The position numbers and the translations under genes are program-made. A stretch of DNA of 64,000 nt. It comes from Vezdaea acicularis. Lineage: Eukaryota. The stretch lies in the NCBI GenBank assembly GCA_026025075.1, contig JAPEUI010000041.1, positions 62,001-126,000 of the forward strand, written 5' to 3'. The notes under the pieces are model-generated. The model saw only the letters and a program-made list of their open reading frames with translations, ran no database searches and had not been told where the DNA came from. Numbering within the stretch: the stretch's first letter is position 1; each line of letters begins with the position of its first letter. Of this stretch, positions 50,081 through 63,713 are shown in pieces.

Positions 50081-52008
50081 TCAAGTCCGCACATCATCAT
50101 GCAAATCTATCATCGGAGTTTTGCTCCGTTTCCGAACAGCCCACCCCTTGATTGCAACACATAGCATCTCCCACACCATTAAGAAGGCCGTGAAGCCCAT
50201 TGTGACAGTGAAGATAAACATTGCGTCTAGTTCGTGCCGCTCCATTGCCGCGACGGTATCCTTATTGCTGGCCATGAAGATGATCCCACCGGAAATTAGG
50301 CAGAAGGCGGCAATGAGTTCGGATGGAGGTCTGGAGGGGAGTAAGGAAGCAGGTGGCGAGAGGAAGAAGAGAATATAGGTCACAGCACGAGCCAGGGAGA
50401 AGCCTACAAGCAGCATGCCCCATTGCTTGTGTACCATGGTAGACACCATTGAGGATTGGTGATGAGAGCCCATCATCATTCCAAGAAGCAAGATGATTAG
50501 CGCTGGGAGAGGGTTCAACGATGTATTGTAGGTCCGAGGTTCCTTCCAGCCTGCTTCAGAAGCTCCGCCATAAGATCGCTGGGCGGGTGCGGACGAAAGT
50601 ATCGTCATGTTCAAAAGACTTCGGATCTTCCCCGATTCGACGAGCATACCACACTGGCAGGAATCAGTTGAATGTCCAAGATGACGTAATACGAGTATCA
50701 CTCACCAATCCACCACCGAAAAACATGATTGATATGGAAACATGTTCTAAATCTTGCGCGGTCCAAGGTCCACCCCACGCAGCAAGGTGTTCAAGGAAAA
50801 CGTTCGTTGTGCCGTAAAACCAGATGACAAAGGATTCGGTAAACTCCGCAGTTGGGGCGGAAGCTTTGTTGCCAACAACGTCCCTCGGAGGCTTTGTATT
50901 CCACGCCCAACCAAAATCGGCAAAGCACCCCATCCAGCGCCCAAGAGTCAGAATTCCATACCAGAAGAATATTCCGCCTTTGATGAAGTGCGCCAAGCCG
51001 TTGAAAACGTTAATGCCTTGCATAATGCCTGCGAAGGTCACCGCGCCAGTGACAAACAACACGAATGCGAGGGGTAGCACGGCGCGATCCACGACGGCGT
51101 AGAAAGCGTTCAGTACGCGCAACACTCTTGTGGAGAGCATGCCTGGCACTTTGCGCAGAAGGAACCGATCAACAGCAGAGTTTTGCAGGAAGCCTCCACT
51201 TTCTCTACTTCCATCGACGACGGTCTCTTCATCTGCCTCGTGACCAGCTTCAAGCTTTGCCCGATAGCTAGGTAATTGACGCTCTGGGTGCTCATCCGTT
51301 GGTGAAAGGGAATGACTCCTTAATGAGGATGATTCCCTTTCTGTTCCCTGACCGCTGTCTATCGAATAACGGTAGCTGTCATGCCCCTCTTCGTTTAATC
51401 GCTGACGCTCCGCCATGACATCTATCGAGAGCATGAAAGCCTGACGCTCGACGAAGCCGCTTTCTTCTTGCTTGAACCTTCCAGTGTAGAGATTGAGGAG
51501 CCCGACCAGAGCCTGGGCACTTACCATCCAAGTTATTACCCATCCTAGCTTATGATGCAAGTTGTTCGGGTATAGGTCAGGCGTCCTAGCATTATAGGCT
51601 GTGCCGACCAACAGTCCACTCGCGTTGAGAATGAGAAACACAGTTTGTACTAAGAGTGTAAGGTGTGATCGAGCTAGGCTTAGCATCACAGCTAGACAAC
51701 AAAATACTTAGTAAAAGTCGGTTTCTGAGTCTGTGAAAGGATCGCTTACCAACCGGGAGCACGAAGAACCATGCTATGGTCATGAGTACAATGTGGGTGT
51801 AAATCAAATTAGAGCCACCAGGTAGCTCAAAGTAGCTTTGTGGACCCGTCGAAGAGTTGAAGGTTGGACTCGAGCCTGCCATAGGAGCCGGTGGCATATC
51901 CACGTCCATTCCTGAAGGCTCACCGTGGCCGTGGGCGGTTGCTAGAGGTAAAGCCTCTAGCAAGAGCACGACCACGGAAGAGACGTAAAGTTCCACCCGT
52001 GGATGCAT
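50081..52008 (-). CDS. Ytp1-like integral membrane protein (DUF2427 plus Ytp1 domains)
   Basis: Signal peptide plus HGHG, HIVLMTIAW, LYPNNLHHKLGW, NGLAHFIKGGIFFWYG, FLEHL..DLEH and MMMGSHHQ..HKQWG. Two introns. Confidence 0.85.
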
Positions 52009-53378
52009 ATATGGAAGCGAGACCTGAAAGTACAGACAATTTCTGCAAAGATTTCTTAGGAAGCCTGTATAGGCGTCTGCAAAGGAAACGGCAAGAGGAC
52101 GAACGCTTCAGACAAAGGGAATAAAACGTATAGTGAAGTAGAAATGGGGACGGAGGGATCATTAACTGTATGACCAGCTAAGGCGCGAGGGGTAATTAGT
52201 CAGATGGTGGGGCGTGAGCTACATTCTGTCTGAGCGCGCGGGAGACAGCGGAGTTGTGACGTGAGCAAAGCCTTGCAATGTTCCATCCAGTCCATAGCTA
52301 AGCAAACTCAGTCTCGGATTGAAGCACTTGGGACGGACATTCGCCATCCGACCGTCGCCGACCTTGGCGAGTTGTTCTCTAGCAGCGGTGGTCAGCACTG
52401 ACAGCTGCCGAGAGTCCCGTCCACAGTCCAAGACCGAATGCCGAGAGAAAATTTATGCCTCAAGAGCGGCGGTGTGAGTGGCCGGCGAAGTTTCGCCCGG
52501 CTTGGTCGGGAGCGAGTGCGGCAGGGATTCATGGCCATGCCATTTGCGAAAGTGCACATGCCCAAGATGCGATTTGGACTATCCAGAAAACGGTATTGGT
52601 GTGGAAATAAGGCCAACACTTAACAGGATAGCCTGGCACCACACGAAGACGAGGAGGCATCCGAATCCGCCGATGACTATCCACTGCTGCGCCGTGACTT
52701 GTCGCGGGCACGGAGTTTGCGGACGATAATGCCGTCGTTGCATGTGCTACCTTGATGACTCTATCTCGACGTCGTCTCGCCTGCTGAGCCGACCGCGCTA
52801 AGGGCTTTAGCCGCTTCGGTTGGCTCGGAGGAAAGTCGGTCCTCTTGCGCTTAAACGGCCGAGAGTCGCAAGACCTGAACGTTGATGGGCGAACGGTGTT
52901 TCGAACTTCGCCTTGCATTGACATGAAGAAGTGATAGTGGTTGCATACCTCGATCATGCTGGAAGGGTGGCCAAAGATCGACAAACTACTCAACCGAGCA
53001 GCCTGCTCCATGCAAGCTGCTGCTCATGCTGCCTCCATCAGTGGCGCCCATGATGCTATGCATAACGCTTCATAAACTTGCGACTAATAGTGGCGTGTGT
53101 AAATTAGCTCCTTCTGCAATACTTGAAGCTGCGATTTTCACAGCGTCAATGTTTCAGTAAGGTTAGCAAAAAGAGTCGCGACAATCCCTGAGGTTCCTCG
53201 AGACGGAATATGTCAGCCGTAGTCTGGGGCGCGTGGGGTGTGCCGTGTTAGCTATGGACGACGAACAGCCCCTAGCGCATTAGAGCAATCAGATGGGGGC
53301 CGCTATGCATGAACGGCTTAACGGTATCCGCACGCCGACCCCGCGTCTGCCACGTTTTCTCCGACTCGTTCGGCTCCG

Positions 53379-54430
53379 TCAAACCCATGTCCAAGCTGCA
53401 CAGTCGAAGTTGGCATAGCATCTGAACTCGTTGCCTAGTCCCTTTGAATGCCGTGGTTCGAAGGAGGTCGTGTGTACCTCGGCCTTGTTGTATAGCCGAT
53501 TGATCAATGACTCCATCCTTTCACCGGAGCAGACTATTAGCCGGTTTGGAACCAAGTCCAAGCCAGTCGTCTCCGTCGATGGTAGCCCGGATCCAGCTGT
53601 AACTGAGTTCTTGGGTCTAGCCTTGGAAAGCCAGCGTACTGTGAGTGCAGCTTGGAACGATGTGGATTAGTCTCTATAAAGCTTGCATGGAGGGTTGGTG
53701 TTACTCTTTGTTTGACAGTCTTCGGAAAGAAAGGGAGGATCGCAGATAATTCGATCAAATCTGCCCTTCAACTCCCCCGGGAGACGCAGTGGGTGCTCAA
53801 AGTCGTAGGGAACAAACTCTCTGAAGACACTGAATCGTTTGTCGTATTCAAATAAATTCACTTGTGGCTTTGTCGCGGTTGGAGTGGATCGCTCGAAGTC
53901 GATCCTGTTAGTTGAAGGGTCCTTGGCTAAGATGGAAAGGCTGCAGCTCACTAGAATATTTCTGAGTTGAATGAATACACTAGGCGCAGAGACCACAGCT
54001 ATGCATGTCTCTTCTGTGCAGTCGGAAAGAAGCTCATTGGCAAGGATGGTTGCTGTTTCCTTAGTGTACTTACTCAAGTATATCAGCCATTGAAGAACTA
54101 GATCCAAACAAGGGTTAACGATACCCAAAACTGAGACGCATTCCAATCTTCTGCGAACAGGGTGTCGATATCAAGCTCTTCAGAGGAGTCCACGTCTTCC
54201 TCTGCTTGGGCTTTTAAGTCTTCGAATTGTTCGAGCCGAGTATCTCTTTCAGTGTAGAAGTCGGCAAGAGCTTCCAACGTTGAGGGATCCAGAGTCCTTG
54301 GGGCACGTTAATTGATACCATAACATAAACCGGGAGAGTAAGATCTTGAATATAGTACTTATATCACTTGCACTTACAGAGGTTCATCATCATTATCGTC
54401 TTCATGATTGCCATGCATTAAATCTGGCAT
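53379..54430 (-). CDS. EFM5: eEF1A lysine methyltransferase Efm5/N6AMT2
   Basis: FAEDWNASQFW, IAVVSAPSVF, LFEYDKRF, DPPFLSEDCQTK and GLGNEFRCYANF. Multi-exon. Confidence 0.88.
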
Positions 54431-55065
54431 TACGCCAAAAGAGAAAGACAAACCTAGAGATTCGTAGATCCTCTCGTTGCAGCCTCCGATGAGCTAGCAT
54501 GTAAAGATCGACTTTAGCTGCTCTAAATTCTGGCTTGTGTTGTGGGATAAAAACTTAGGCGACGTGTAAATCAAATAGCTTTTTATCGTAGCTCATCAAT
54601 TCTTGGAAAAAATTTAGCGATGACAACGATTAAAGAAGAACTTCGATTCTCCATGTCAAGAAAATCTTTGAATTTTTCGAGTTTGATTCATATGGAGGTG
54701 CCTTTCCGAGTATTATCTAGACCTTGAAATAACATCATTTAACAGTGGCTTGGGTAATATCGAACCAAAAATCGCAGTAATGATAACTTGTCCCTGAACT
54801 CGAACACAAGAAGCTTTAAAATTACAAGAGGATATATGGGGATTTTGCTGTTTGAAAACTGCAATGCAAGTCTATTGGCCAAGTTGGGATGCCTTGAAAA
54901 AGGGTGACAACTACGGGATTCTAGCGTAGTAGGAAACGCTCGGGAGCAGAATCATGCATGACGAGATGGACGTCAATAAATCACATCTTGCGAATCTTGT
55001 CTCTATCTTTCTTATTCCGTATATACAATATGAGCCTCTAATCGTTATGTTCAGGTGACTCCCCA

Positions 55066-56676
55066 CTACTGGTCGTCTATAACATGAAGGTATTTCTTCT
55101 CCTCGCGCCGTTCTCGTTCTGTCGACGGGGGAAGGTCGAAATAGGTCGAGGTACGGTAGCTTTGCTGTTAATAATTCTGCGTTAGCTTTTGTGTCGTCTT
55201 GTAGGGGTAATCAAATGCTCCTTACAAGGTAGTGAAATGTTAAGCTGCTGATATCGGCAGGCTCGATACCCAAATCCTTGAATGTCTTCGCAGATTTGTC
55301 AATCTTCTGATCAATGAACTCACGCTCAATTTCATCTGGCGACATAGTGGGCCACCACAAAGCTTTATTGAGGATATTTGCCATGGGTTTGAGTGCCGTT
55401 TTGGGAATATTGATATGACGCCGATGTTTAAAAATCTCCTTGTCTACAAGCTCAGCAATCTCGGCGGTTGAATAGTTTTTAGGACCATAAAGTTCGTAGG
55501 TCTGAGAAGCAGTATCATCATTCTGTAGCATTATCTCAAGCGCATGCCCTACATCGATAGCCTAAATGACTTATGAGCGGTATATCTTGGCAGTCACCCG
55601 AATACATAAACTCACATGCACAGGCCAATATCGTTCTTGCATCCAATTTGAGGTTATGAGGTTTGTGACGCCAGCAAGCTTGTGCAACAGGTTGTCTTCG
55701 AATCCAAAGAGGGGTGCTGGACGTACAATGGTCGTTTCGGGGAAGATACTGCGTACAACTTCTTCTCCGCGGGCCTGCACAGGTTAGATTTACATCTCAT
55801 TTGACAGGTAAAACGTGGCTTCCTCACCTTCGTACGAAAGAACTCTGACGGGGAATTTTTATCGGCATTGTAAGACGAGACGTGAATGAAACGATCGCAA
55901 TCATATTTGGCCACAGCTTCTGCGATCCTCTCCGCACCTTCCACATGAACATCTTCGTATGTGAAGTTTCTATCGCAGAAAGTCAGGTGTAAGAACAATA
56001 TCATCAAGCTTGGGGGAAGTGGATCGAGTTTCCGTACTTTGTGGGGTGCATCCGTCCGACCAAATTATAAACAACGTCAGAATGTCGCACACTCTCTTCT
56101 AGCGATTGTGTGTTCCGGAGATCATATTCCTGTGACGCTGGCTGTCAGATAGATAAAGTACAACCACATCTGCTTTGAAGTGTACCAGAAACGTTACGCG
56201 CCCCAAATCTCCCACTACTTTCAAATGCCTCTTTGCCATCTCGTCCCTATACGGCACTACCACATTACATCCTTGTCGAGCTAGCGGTAGAGTCAAGTCA
56301 GCCTCTACTCGGGATTCAGTACATTCATTCTTACCTAATCTATTGACGATATAGCGCCCCAAGAACCCAGTTGCTCCAAAGACAGTAGCGGTATGTCCTT
56401 CGGGTAGAGTCAGCCTTGCGCGGACTTGTCACTGTGCTCGATGCTTCCATACCTCCAAGAGACGACCTTTGATATTCTACCATCAGTGTAAGCCAGACTG
56501 GTTGCTGGTCTGATTGCTCACCTGCCACCTTGAACTCTTAAGATAGGTTTCCCCGTTCGCGATATGGTGACATCCTGTAAGCCCCGGCGCTGAACAGTAG
56601 ACGCCACCTTTCTATCCTGCAATCGAGTCGAAGCCTTCAGGCAGGTACCTGTCTTTCCTCTTAAGCTCTTTTGCAT
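55066..56676 (-). CDS. nuo-40: Mitochondrial complex I 40-kDa subunit (NDUFA9)
   Basis: Presequence, [42 protein letters not shown] and YELYGPK. About 7 introns. Confidence 0.92.
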
Positions 56677-56966
56677 ATTGAAAGCTATGATGTACGATCA
56701 ATTGACCGCGCAACTCTTGTTAGGTTCAAGTAGAGGTAAGGTTCTTGCGGCTCGCTTGATATATGTGTCTGCCAAGTCTTTAAAGCGGCGACGTTCGAGA
56801 TTCTGAGCTCCTTCGAATTCATGCCTTATGGTCTACTCAAACGAACGTTATTCCGAAGCTTGTCTCTGCGCATTTAGAGGCCATAGCACAGGAGCTAGAC
56901 TCTCTAATTCTAAACCAAGATTGCGGAGATCTTTGCGATCTGCGCAAAATTTTACTTTCAACAGCC

Positions 56967-58161
56967 ATGGATGTTGATACAATATCAGACTTCCTAACGG
57001 AGCAACGAGATGCGGCACCTGCAGATCTACAGCACTTGTTCGTGTCATTTGAAGACTTCTGGGAACGGCGATTATGGCATCAACTGACGGACGCCCTCTG
57101 GACCTTCTTCAATCATCCTGAAAGCGCCCCTCAACGGCTGACAGTCTATAACAACTTCGTAATAAAATTCGCCGACAAGATCAACCAACTTAAGCTCGTC
57201 CGTCTTGGCCTCAGTGCTGCAACACAATGTCGAGGTATGTAATCAGTCTCCAGAAATTTTCCATCCTCTAACTCACTCTCCAGACAACCATGAAGCCTTA
57301 CGTTTCCTCACTTCTCTCGCGACCAAAGTCGACAAGTCCTCTTCACAAGACGCATTTGTGTACGCTACTGTTGAAGTTGCAAGCATCAAGCTTGCACTCC
57401 AAGACCAAACCGGCGCTCGACAAGATCTTGACAAAGCAGAAACTATTCTCGAAAACTTTGACAGTGTCGAAACAATTGTACACGCTTCCTTCTACGAGGT
57501 AAACGCCGACTACTACAAAGCCAAACATGAATTCGCCTCATACTACCGCAACGCTCTCCTTTACCTTGCCTGCGTGGACTCTTCAGAGCTCACTCCTGCT
57601 GACCTCGAGACACGCGCCTACGACTTAAGCATAGCAGCGCTGGTGTCTGACTCAATCTACAACTTTGGCGAGCTTCTCCTCCATCCCATACTCGACTCGC
57701 TAGTAAGGACTCAGCACGCCTGGCTCCGCGAGCTACTCTTCGCCTTCAATAGGGGGGATCTGGCGGCATTCGATGTGCTAGGAAGCAATATCTCCAAGGA
57801 TAAAATGCTACACGAACATGAAGCGTTCCTCTATCAGAAGATTTGCCTATCTGCGCTTACTGAAGCAGTTTTCCGTCGCCCTCCACATGACCGCGCTATG
57901 AGCTTCGACACCATTCTTGAGGAGACTAAAGTAAGCCCAGATGAAATCGAGCATCTGATAATGAAGGCCCTGAGCTTGGGTTTATTAAGGGGAAGTATCG
58001 ACCAAGTCGCGAGAGTGGCGAGGATAAATTGGGTCCAGCCAAAGGTCCTAGATATGAAACAGGTTGAGAACATGCGGTTGAGGTTGAGAGAATGGGACTC
58101 GAGCGTCAATCAACTGGGCAACTGGATCGAAAGCGTTGGGCAAGATGTTTGGGCTGCATAG
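56967..58161 (+). CDS. RPN9: 26S proteasome lid subunit Rpn9
   Basis: WERRLWHQLT, YYRNALLYL, IYNFGELLLHPI and PCI domain EHLIMKALSLGLLRGSIDQV..WVQPKVLD. One intron, ~57235-57283. Confidence 0.95.
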
Positions 58162-58555
58162 TGTTAGTAAAACTACTAGAAATTCCTGCTAGGGAGCAAT
58201 CAGTTGCATGTCTGGCATTAGTGAGAAAGGGGCGGCACCCTCTTCTAAGTAATACCTAGAGTTTAAACTCGTGGCAGCTCTTGTTATAAAGGCAGCCTAG
58301 CAGATCCTAGCATGTGCCAACTTCGCTATTCGCATGTCGTCACAGCCGATCCTCCGAACCCCTCTCTAAGCCATTGTAAACATCACTTTACCAACGATGC
58401 TTCTCTTTCACCTTATCCAAGGCGCGGAAAATCCGCAGTGCTTGAAAATGGGCAACCACGGCTACTCTCCACCCATTGACTGAAGTAGACGCCTGTCTGG
58501 CCGCGTCACATGGGTCAGCCTCTACAGCTGAAACCGGCCTCGTCAGCTTTATGAA

Positions 58556-60019
58556 ATGCGAGTGTCAGCCACCTCCACACTGACACTCTTCCTTACACTA
58601 CTCACTTTTCCACCTTTTGTATACCCCAAGAGCTTTGAAGCTGCGAAGTCAGTGCAACGGCCGATCATGGCGGATCAGCAGCAATATAGGACGGTTGCGT
58701 ATTATGTCAATTGGGTATGTCTCATGCTATTAGTGGACTTTCGATGTGACACCTTTAAGGTCTTTGCTGATATGGAGTCTCTATAGGCAATCTACGGACG
58801 TAAATTCGACCCGCAGGATCTCCCCGCCGAGAAACTCACCCATGTTCTATATGCCTTTGCGAACGTCCGCCCAGAGACCGGAGAAGTGTATGCCTATCCC
58901 TGTATCACTCACTCCCTTGCAAGCTTCCACCTTCATATCCAGCTAACTCCCTCCCCTTTTTCTAGCTACCTTAGTGACACCTGGTCTGATACCGACAAGC
59001 ACTACCCCTCCGACTCCTGGAACGACGTCGGCACCAACGTCTATGGATGTATGAAGCAACTCTTCCTCCTCAAGAAGCGCAACCGACACCTGAAAATCCT
59101 CCTCTCAATCGGCGGCTGGACCTACAGCTCGAACTTCGCCCCCATGGCCGCAACCCCGGCGGGGCGCGAGACCTTCGCGAAATCTTCCGTTTGCCTGCTC
59201 AAAGACTTGGGGTTGGACGGGCTAGACATCGACTGGGAGTACCCCGCCGACTCCACTCAAGCACACAACCTCGTCCTCCTCCTCCAGCGCACGCGCCAGG
59301 AGTTAGACGCCTATGCCGCCTCGACCCCAGGCACGAACCGCCTCCTCCTGACCGTCGCCTCCCCCGCCGGGCCCCCAACGTACAACCTCATGCATCTCAA
59401 GGAAATGAACCACCACCTCGACTTCTGGAACCTGATGGCCTACGACTTCGCCGGCTCGTGGGACAGCCACGCCGGACACCAAGCGAATCTCTTCCCCTCC
59501 CCCCACCACAAGAAATCGACGCCCTTCAACACGGAAGAGGCCGTGGACGACTACACCAAAGCCGGGATCGCGCCCGGCAAAATCGTCATGGGCATGCCTC
59601 TCTACGGCCGCGCCTTCGAAAACACCGACGGCCCCGGCCACCCGTACTCCGGCGTCGGCGAGGGCAGTTGGGAGAATGGCGTCTGGGACTACAAAGCCCT
59701 GCCGCTCCCGGGCGCCATCGAGCACGTAGACCATCGCTTAGGAGCCAGCTGGTGCTACCACGAGGGATCGAGGAAGATGGTCACCTACGACACGCTGGAG
59801 ATGGCGCGCTTCAAGACGGAGTGGCTCAAGAAGAAGAAGCTTGGCGGCGCCATGTGGTGGGAGAGCAGCACGGATAAGCTCGGCGAGCAGAGTCTGATTG
59901 CCGCCGTGGCGGGGCTTTTGGGAGAGGGGGGTGGCCCGGGCTTGGATAGGAGTTTGAATACGCTGGAGTATCCCGAGAGTAAGTTTGATAATCTGAGGAA
60001 GGGCTTTCCCGGGGAGTAG
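58556..60019 (+). CDS. GH18 chitinase (class V / subgroup A)
   Basis: [30 protein letters not shown], catalytic [16 protein letters not shown] and LGGAMWWE. Two introns. Confidence 0.94.
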
Positions 60020-60579
60020 ACGGGTGGTTGGTGAGGGCTTGGATTTGGGGGGAGGGCTGTGATTGTATACTCATTGGTTGCAAGAATGATGTGAATATAC
60101 GGTATACCAACATGCTGATATCCAAACACATGATTCGTTCCCGTGAAAGGTATTGGACGTCAAAATGTTATATAAGCATCTCTATCTTCTGTCTTGGCCG
60201 ACCTGATCCAAACCAAGCCAAGCCAAGCGGTGTTATGATATGACCAGCTCATTCCCCCTTGCCCGCGTTCCTCGCCACGAAGATCCAAGAACAAGAAAAC
60301 GCCGTATCCATGATGATATTGATGTGAGGGTGATAAAATGCTCAGACGAACAGAGGTCTAGTGAACAGAATGCTCTGACCATGAAGTCCTCAAAACGCCG
60401 TGACCGCATGGATGAACGCCGATGATGCAGGTGTGGGAGGGGGTTGTATAGAGTATAGCTCCAGTGACCGCAACAAAAGAAAATAGAAATGGAAAATTCT
60501 GCAATCGCAAGCGACTCAGTCCACTAAACCCTCAACAGCGAGGAAGAGTAAAGAGGGGGGGGGAAGAAGGAGACGTCCA

Positions 60580-63500
60580 TCACACAGTCATCCTGGGCAA
60601 CTTCGAACCCCACGCATCCACATCAGCGCTCGCGCGACGTTTCAGGCCCCGCATCTCCGCCACATCCGCGTTCAAGTCCTCAATAGCTAGCTCCTCGCTG
60701 TCGCTGCTGTCCCAGCCGCTCCCGCTGCCGCCACCAGCGGTTGCTGCGGACGAGCCGGCGGGCAGCTCGGCGAGCTCCTCGAGCTTCTTGACGGAGACGT
60801 CGAATTCGCGCTCGCGAGCTGCGATGAGTTCGGGGTCGAGCATGCGGGCGGGGGCGAGGAGGTCGATGGACGAGTCGGTGTCGGAGGAGTCGGCGGGGGA
60901 GTGGGAGCCGCGGGACGAGTTGGGGGAGGTGATAGGGTGGAAGGGTGGTTTTTGGGCGGGTTGAGGTGGAGCTTGGTGCGTTGTGGTGGTTGGGAAATGT
61001 TGGGAAGCGCTGGACAGGGAGTCTTCGGAGGTAGTGGAAGGAGAGGTGGAGCCATCAGAGGAAGAGTCTTCGGCGGAGGAGGAGGAGGCGATGAAGAGGG
61101 AGGATGGTGGAGGCAGGTCGGATGGAAGGAGTGGGACAGTGGTAGAGGAGAGGATGGACGTGTGAGCTGGGTTGTCCTGAAGGAAGGCCTCGATCGAGGT
61201 TTGGGGGATAGAGTGGAGGATTCTATAGGGTCGTACTTTCGGGGCGGAGAATGGTGAGACTTTGGTGCTCGATCGAGCGAAGACATGGGCGGTACGGACG
61301 TTGATCATGAAGTTGTCTGCTGGCTGGACGCCACCTACGCCGGTGGCCTCAAGGTAGACGGGCGTAGGTTGGATGAGCATGCCATTCGCAGGTGTGGAAG
61401 TTGGTGAGAAACTGAGCGACTTTGTCGATAACGGAGACTCTGCGTCATTCTCCGATTTGGCATCAATGTCCATATGCTCTGGCGTCAGGGCGTCCGAGAA
61501 TTGGTCAACGGTACGACGAGGTCTCGCGTCCAGCTCCTCCTTCGGATCCTGGCCAAGAGCGTCCCCATCGTGGAAGCTCGTTCCAGTCTCGACTGGACTG
61601 CCATTCCGATCACCAGTCAGGTCAGTACAGAACTTCGCGCGGTGGTAGAATATGATCGTTTCCTGATCTGGCTTCTTGCGGCTTAGTCGCTTAGATAGAT
61701 GCAGCTGCGTCGACGCAAATTTGCGCCCTACTGAGGTCGCAGAATCGCTTTCATCACTCTTTTCGTCGTCCGTATCAGAACGGGAAGACGCGTGGAAGAA
61801 CATCGGGCGATAAGAAAGCTTTCCTGGTGGTTGTACATATTCAGTAGGAATTGGCCTTCTAGTTCCGGGTGTGCAAGCCATAGTGCGGGGTTTCTGAACC
61901 GGCTTAGTAGGCTCCTTCGCGATCGCTCTAAACGTGTTAGTGGGAGCGCCATCACCCACTTTTCGACGTTTGTTACTGAACAGAGTCCCATGGCCCTGCT
62001 CTTCCGAGGAATCTGCACTGGCATGATCTCCGTTGCTTCCAGTATCACTGCTCAGTCTTGAACCTTCAGTGCCACCTTTCCATTTGATCTTCCGCCCATC
62101 ATGAGAAAGCTCAAACTTGGAGCTAACGTCGGCAACTGCTTTCCTCACGAATTCTGGTGTCACGTTGATCGTATGCAGCTGGGCCATGTTCGTCAGAAGA
62201 TTGAGATAAACCCATCCGTCGTTGTCTAATTCAGCATCCTCTGGATTCATCTTGGGCGACGAAAGGCCCAAGTGACGGATGTACTCGATGTTTTCTGCGG
62301 GGTATTGAGCTCTGTGGGGATCGAGATCCAGTGGCCGCGTGGGCCTTTGATCGGGAGAATCGTTCCCGGAATATCCCGTCTCGCCAGAGCGCGACATAGA
62401 CCGAGACCCTTCGCTGAGACCTGGGAGGTGTAACTCTAGCAAACTCTTCTCCATGCCAGCTTCAGAGGCAAGCTCAGCGTCTACTGGTAAGATGTGAGCC
62501 TCCCGAGTGCCCTCGCTCGTGATCCTCTGGCCGTTTGCCTCCTTAGCTGACCTATCCGCATGGGCTGCCGACTGTGATACCTCCTGTTGCTGGAGAGGCT
62601 GACTATTCTCCCCCCCCGTATGGCCCTTTCCGGTGAAAAGTTGCTCTAATCGACGTACAACAAGCTTTCTTCGCGCCTTCTCCGTCAACATGGGCGAGTG
62701 GCGGGGCAGAAGACCCTTGGGAATGTCGTGAAGATATGAATGAACCTTTTGCGTCTCGGAAGATTGGGGTCGGCCCATTGAAGATATAGCGGGTCCCGCT
62801 CGAGCAGACTGCGCGGCAGACGTCTTACCAGACGTGGACATGGAGGCGTAGGCGGAATCAACGGGTCTAGAATCAGACGTCGACGACGACGAGGGGTTTG
62901 CTGAGTTTTTCTTTGGTACCCCTCGATCTGGTGCCCGTGTTGGTTCATATCTGTTGGGAGATGTGTCGATACTGGACGCGAAATTCCGTAGCACATCTTC
63001 TAGCTCTCGCTTCTTGTTGGAGGGCATTTTATGCAACTTCAACTCAAAGAGTCGATCTTCAGAGGATGACGAGGACTGGATCTGTTCGTACGCGCGTAGC
63101 TTCTGCTTCAATAATTTGTTCTCAATAGTCAAATCGTCAATGACACTGCGAAAGTCTTCACTGTTACTTTCGTTTGACTCGAAGCGTGACATTGCCGAAC
63201 GCATTGGGAGGTTGTGTAATGTCGTTGGCTGGAACAGAGGCAGAGGACCATTCGAGCGCGCGGCACCGTCGCTGACGCCGTCCGCGGGGGTTGGTTGGCC
63301 GCCCATATAGAATGGCGGATCATCTGTAGCATTTCACGTTAGTCGTGATCACGGATTGAGCGGAACGTATACATACTGTCCGTAAACGTAGGCGCCAGGC
63401 TGTTTCGGGCATTCTTGTTCGACTTCTCAAACCAGGACTCGGCGTTGCTGTCGGTCGACTCATAGCTCTCGTTCGAGTGTTGTCGGCGAACTTGTAGGCC

Positions 63501-63713
63501 CTTCCAAGTCATGCAATCGGAGGCTGCTGGAGCCTTGCGGCTCGTTGATTGAGCGCCATTAGCCCGATGGTCTGTTCCCGATGACAAAGTTGGCTTGAGA
63601 GATGCAGATAGCTGTGGAGGTAGCTTCCGCGAGTGATCTTGGATTGTAGCATGATGTCCTGGCTTGAGCAAGCCTTGGCAGGGCCTGTCCGGCTCGGCTT
63701 GGGCGGTCGACAT
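60580..63713 (-). CDS. frq: Circadian clock protein FREQUENCY
   Basis: DFRSVIDDLTIENK coiled coil, KKRELEDVLRNFA, DSAYASMS, LVVRRLEQLFTG, QRPTRPLDLDP, GWVYLNLLTNMAQLH, LEATGVGGV and SSAATAGG. Intron 63324-63376 joins exon 63377-63713. Confidence 0.95.

Noticed and set aside
52529..53011. 160-aa minus-strand ORF between the YTP1-like gene and EFM5
   Set aside because: No domain and no convincing splice structure, although it cannot be fully excluded.
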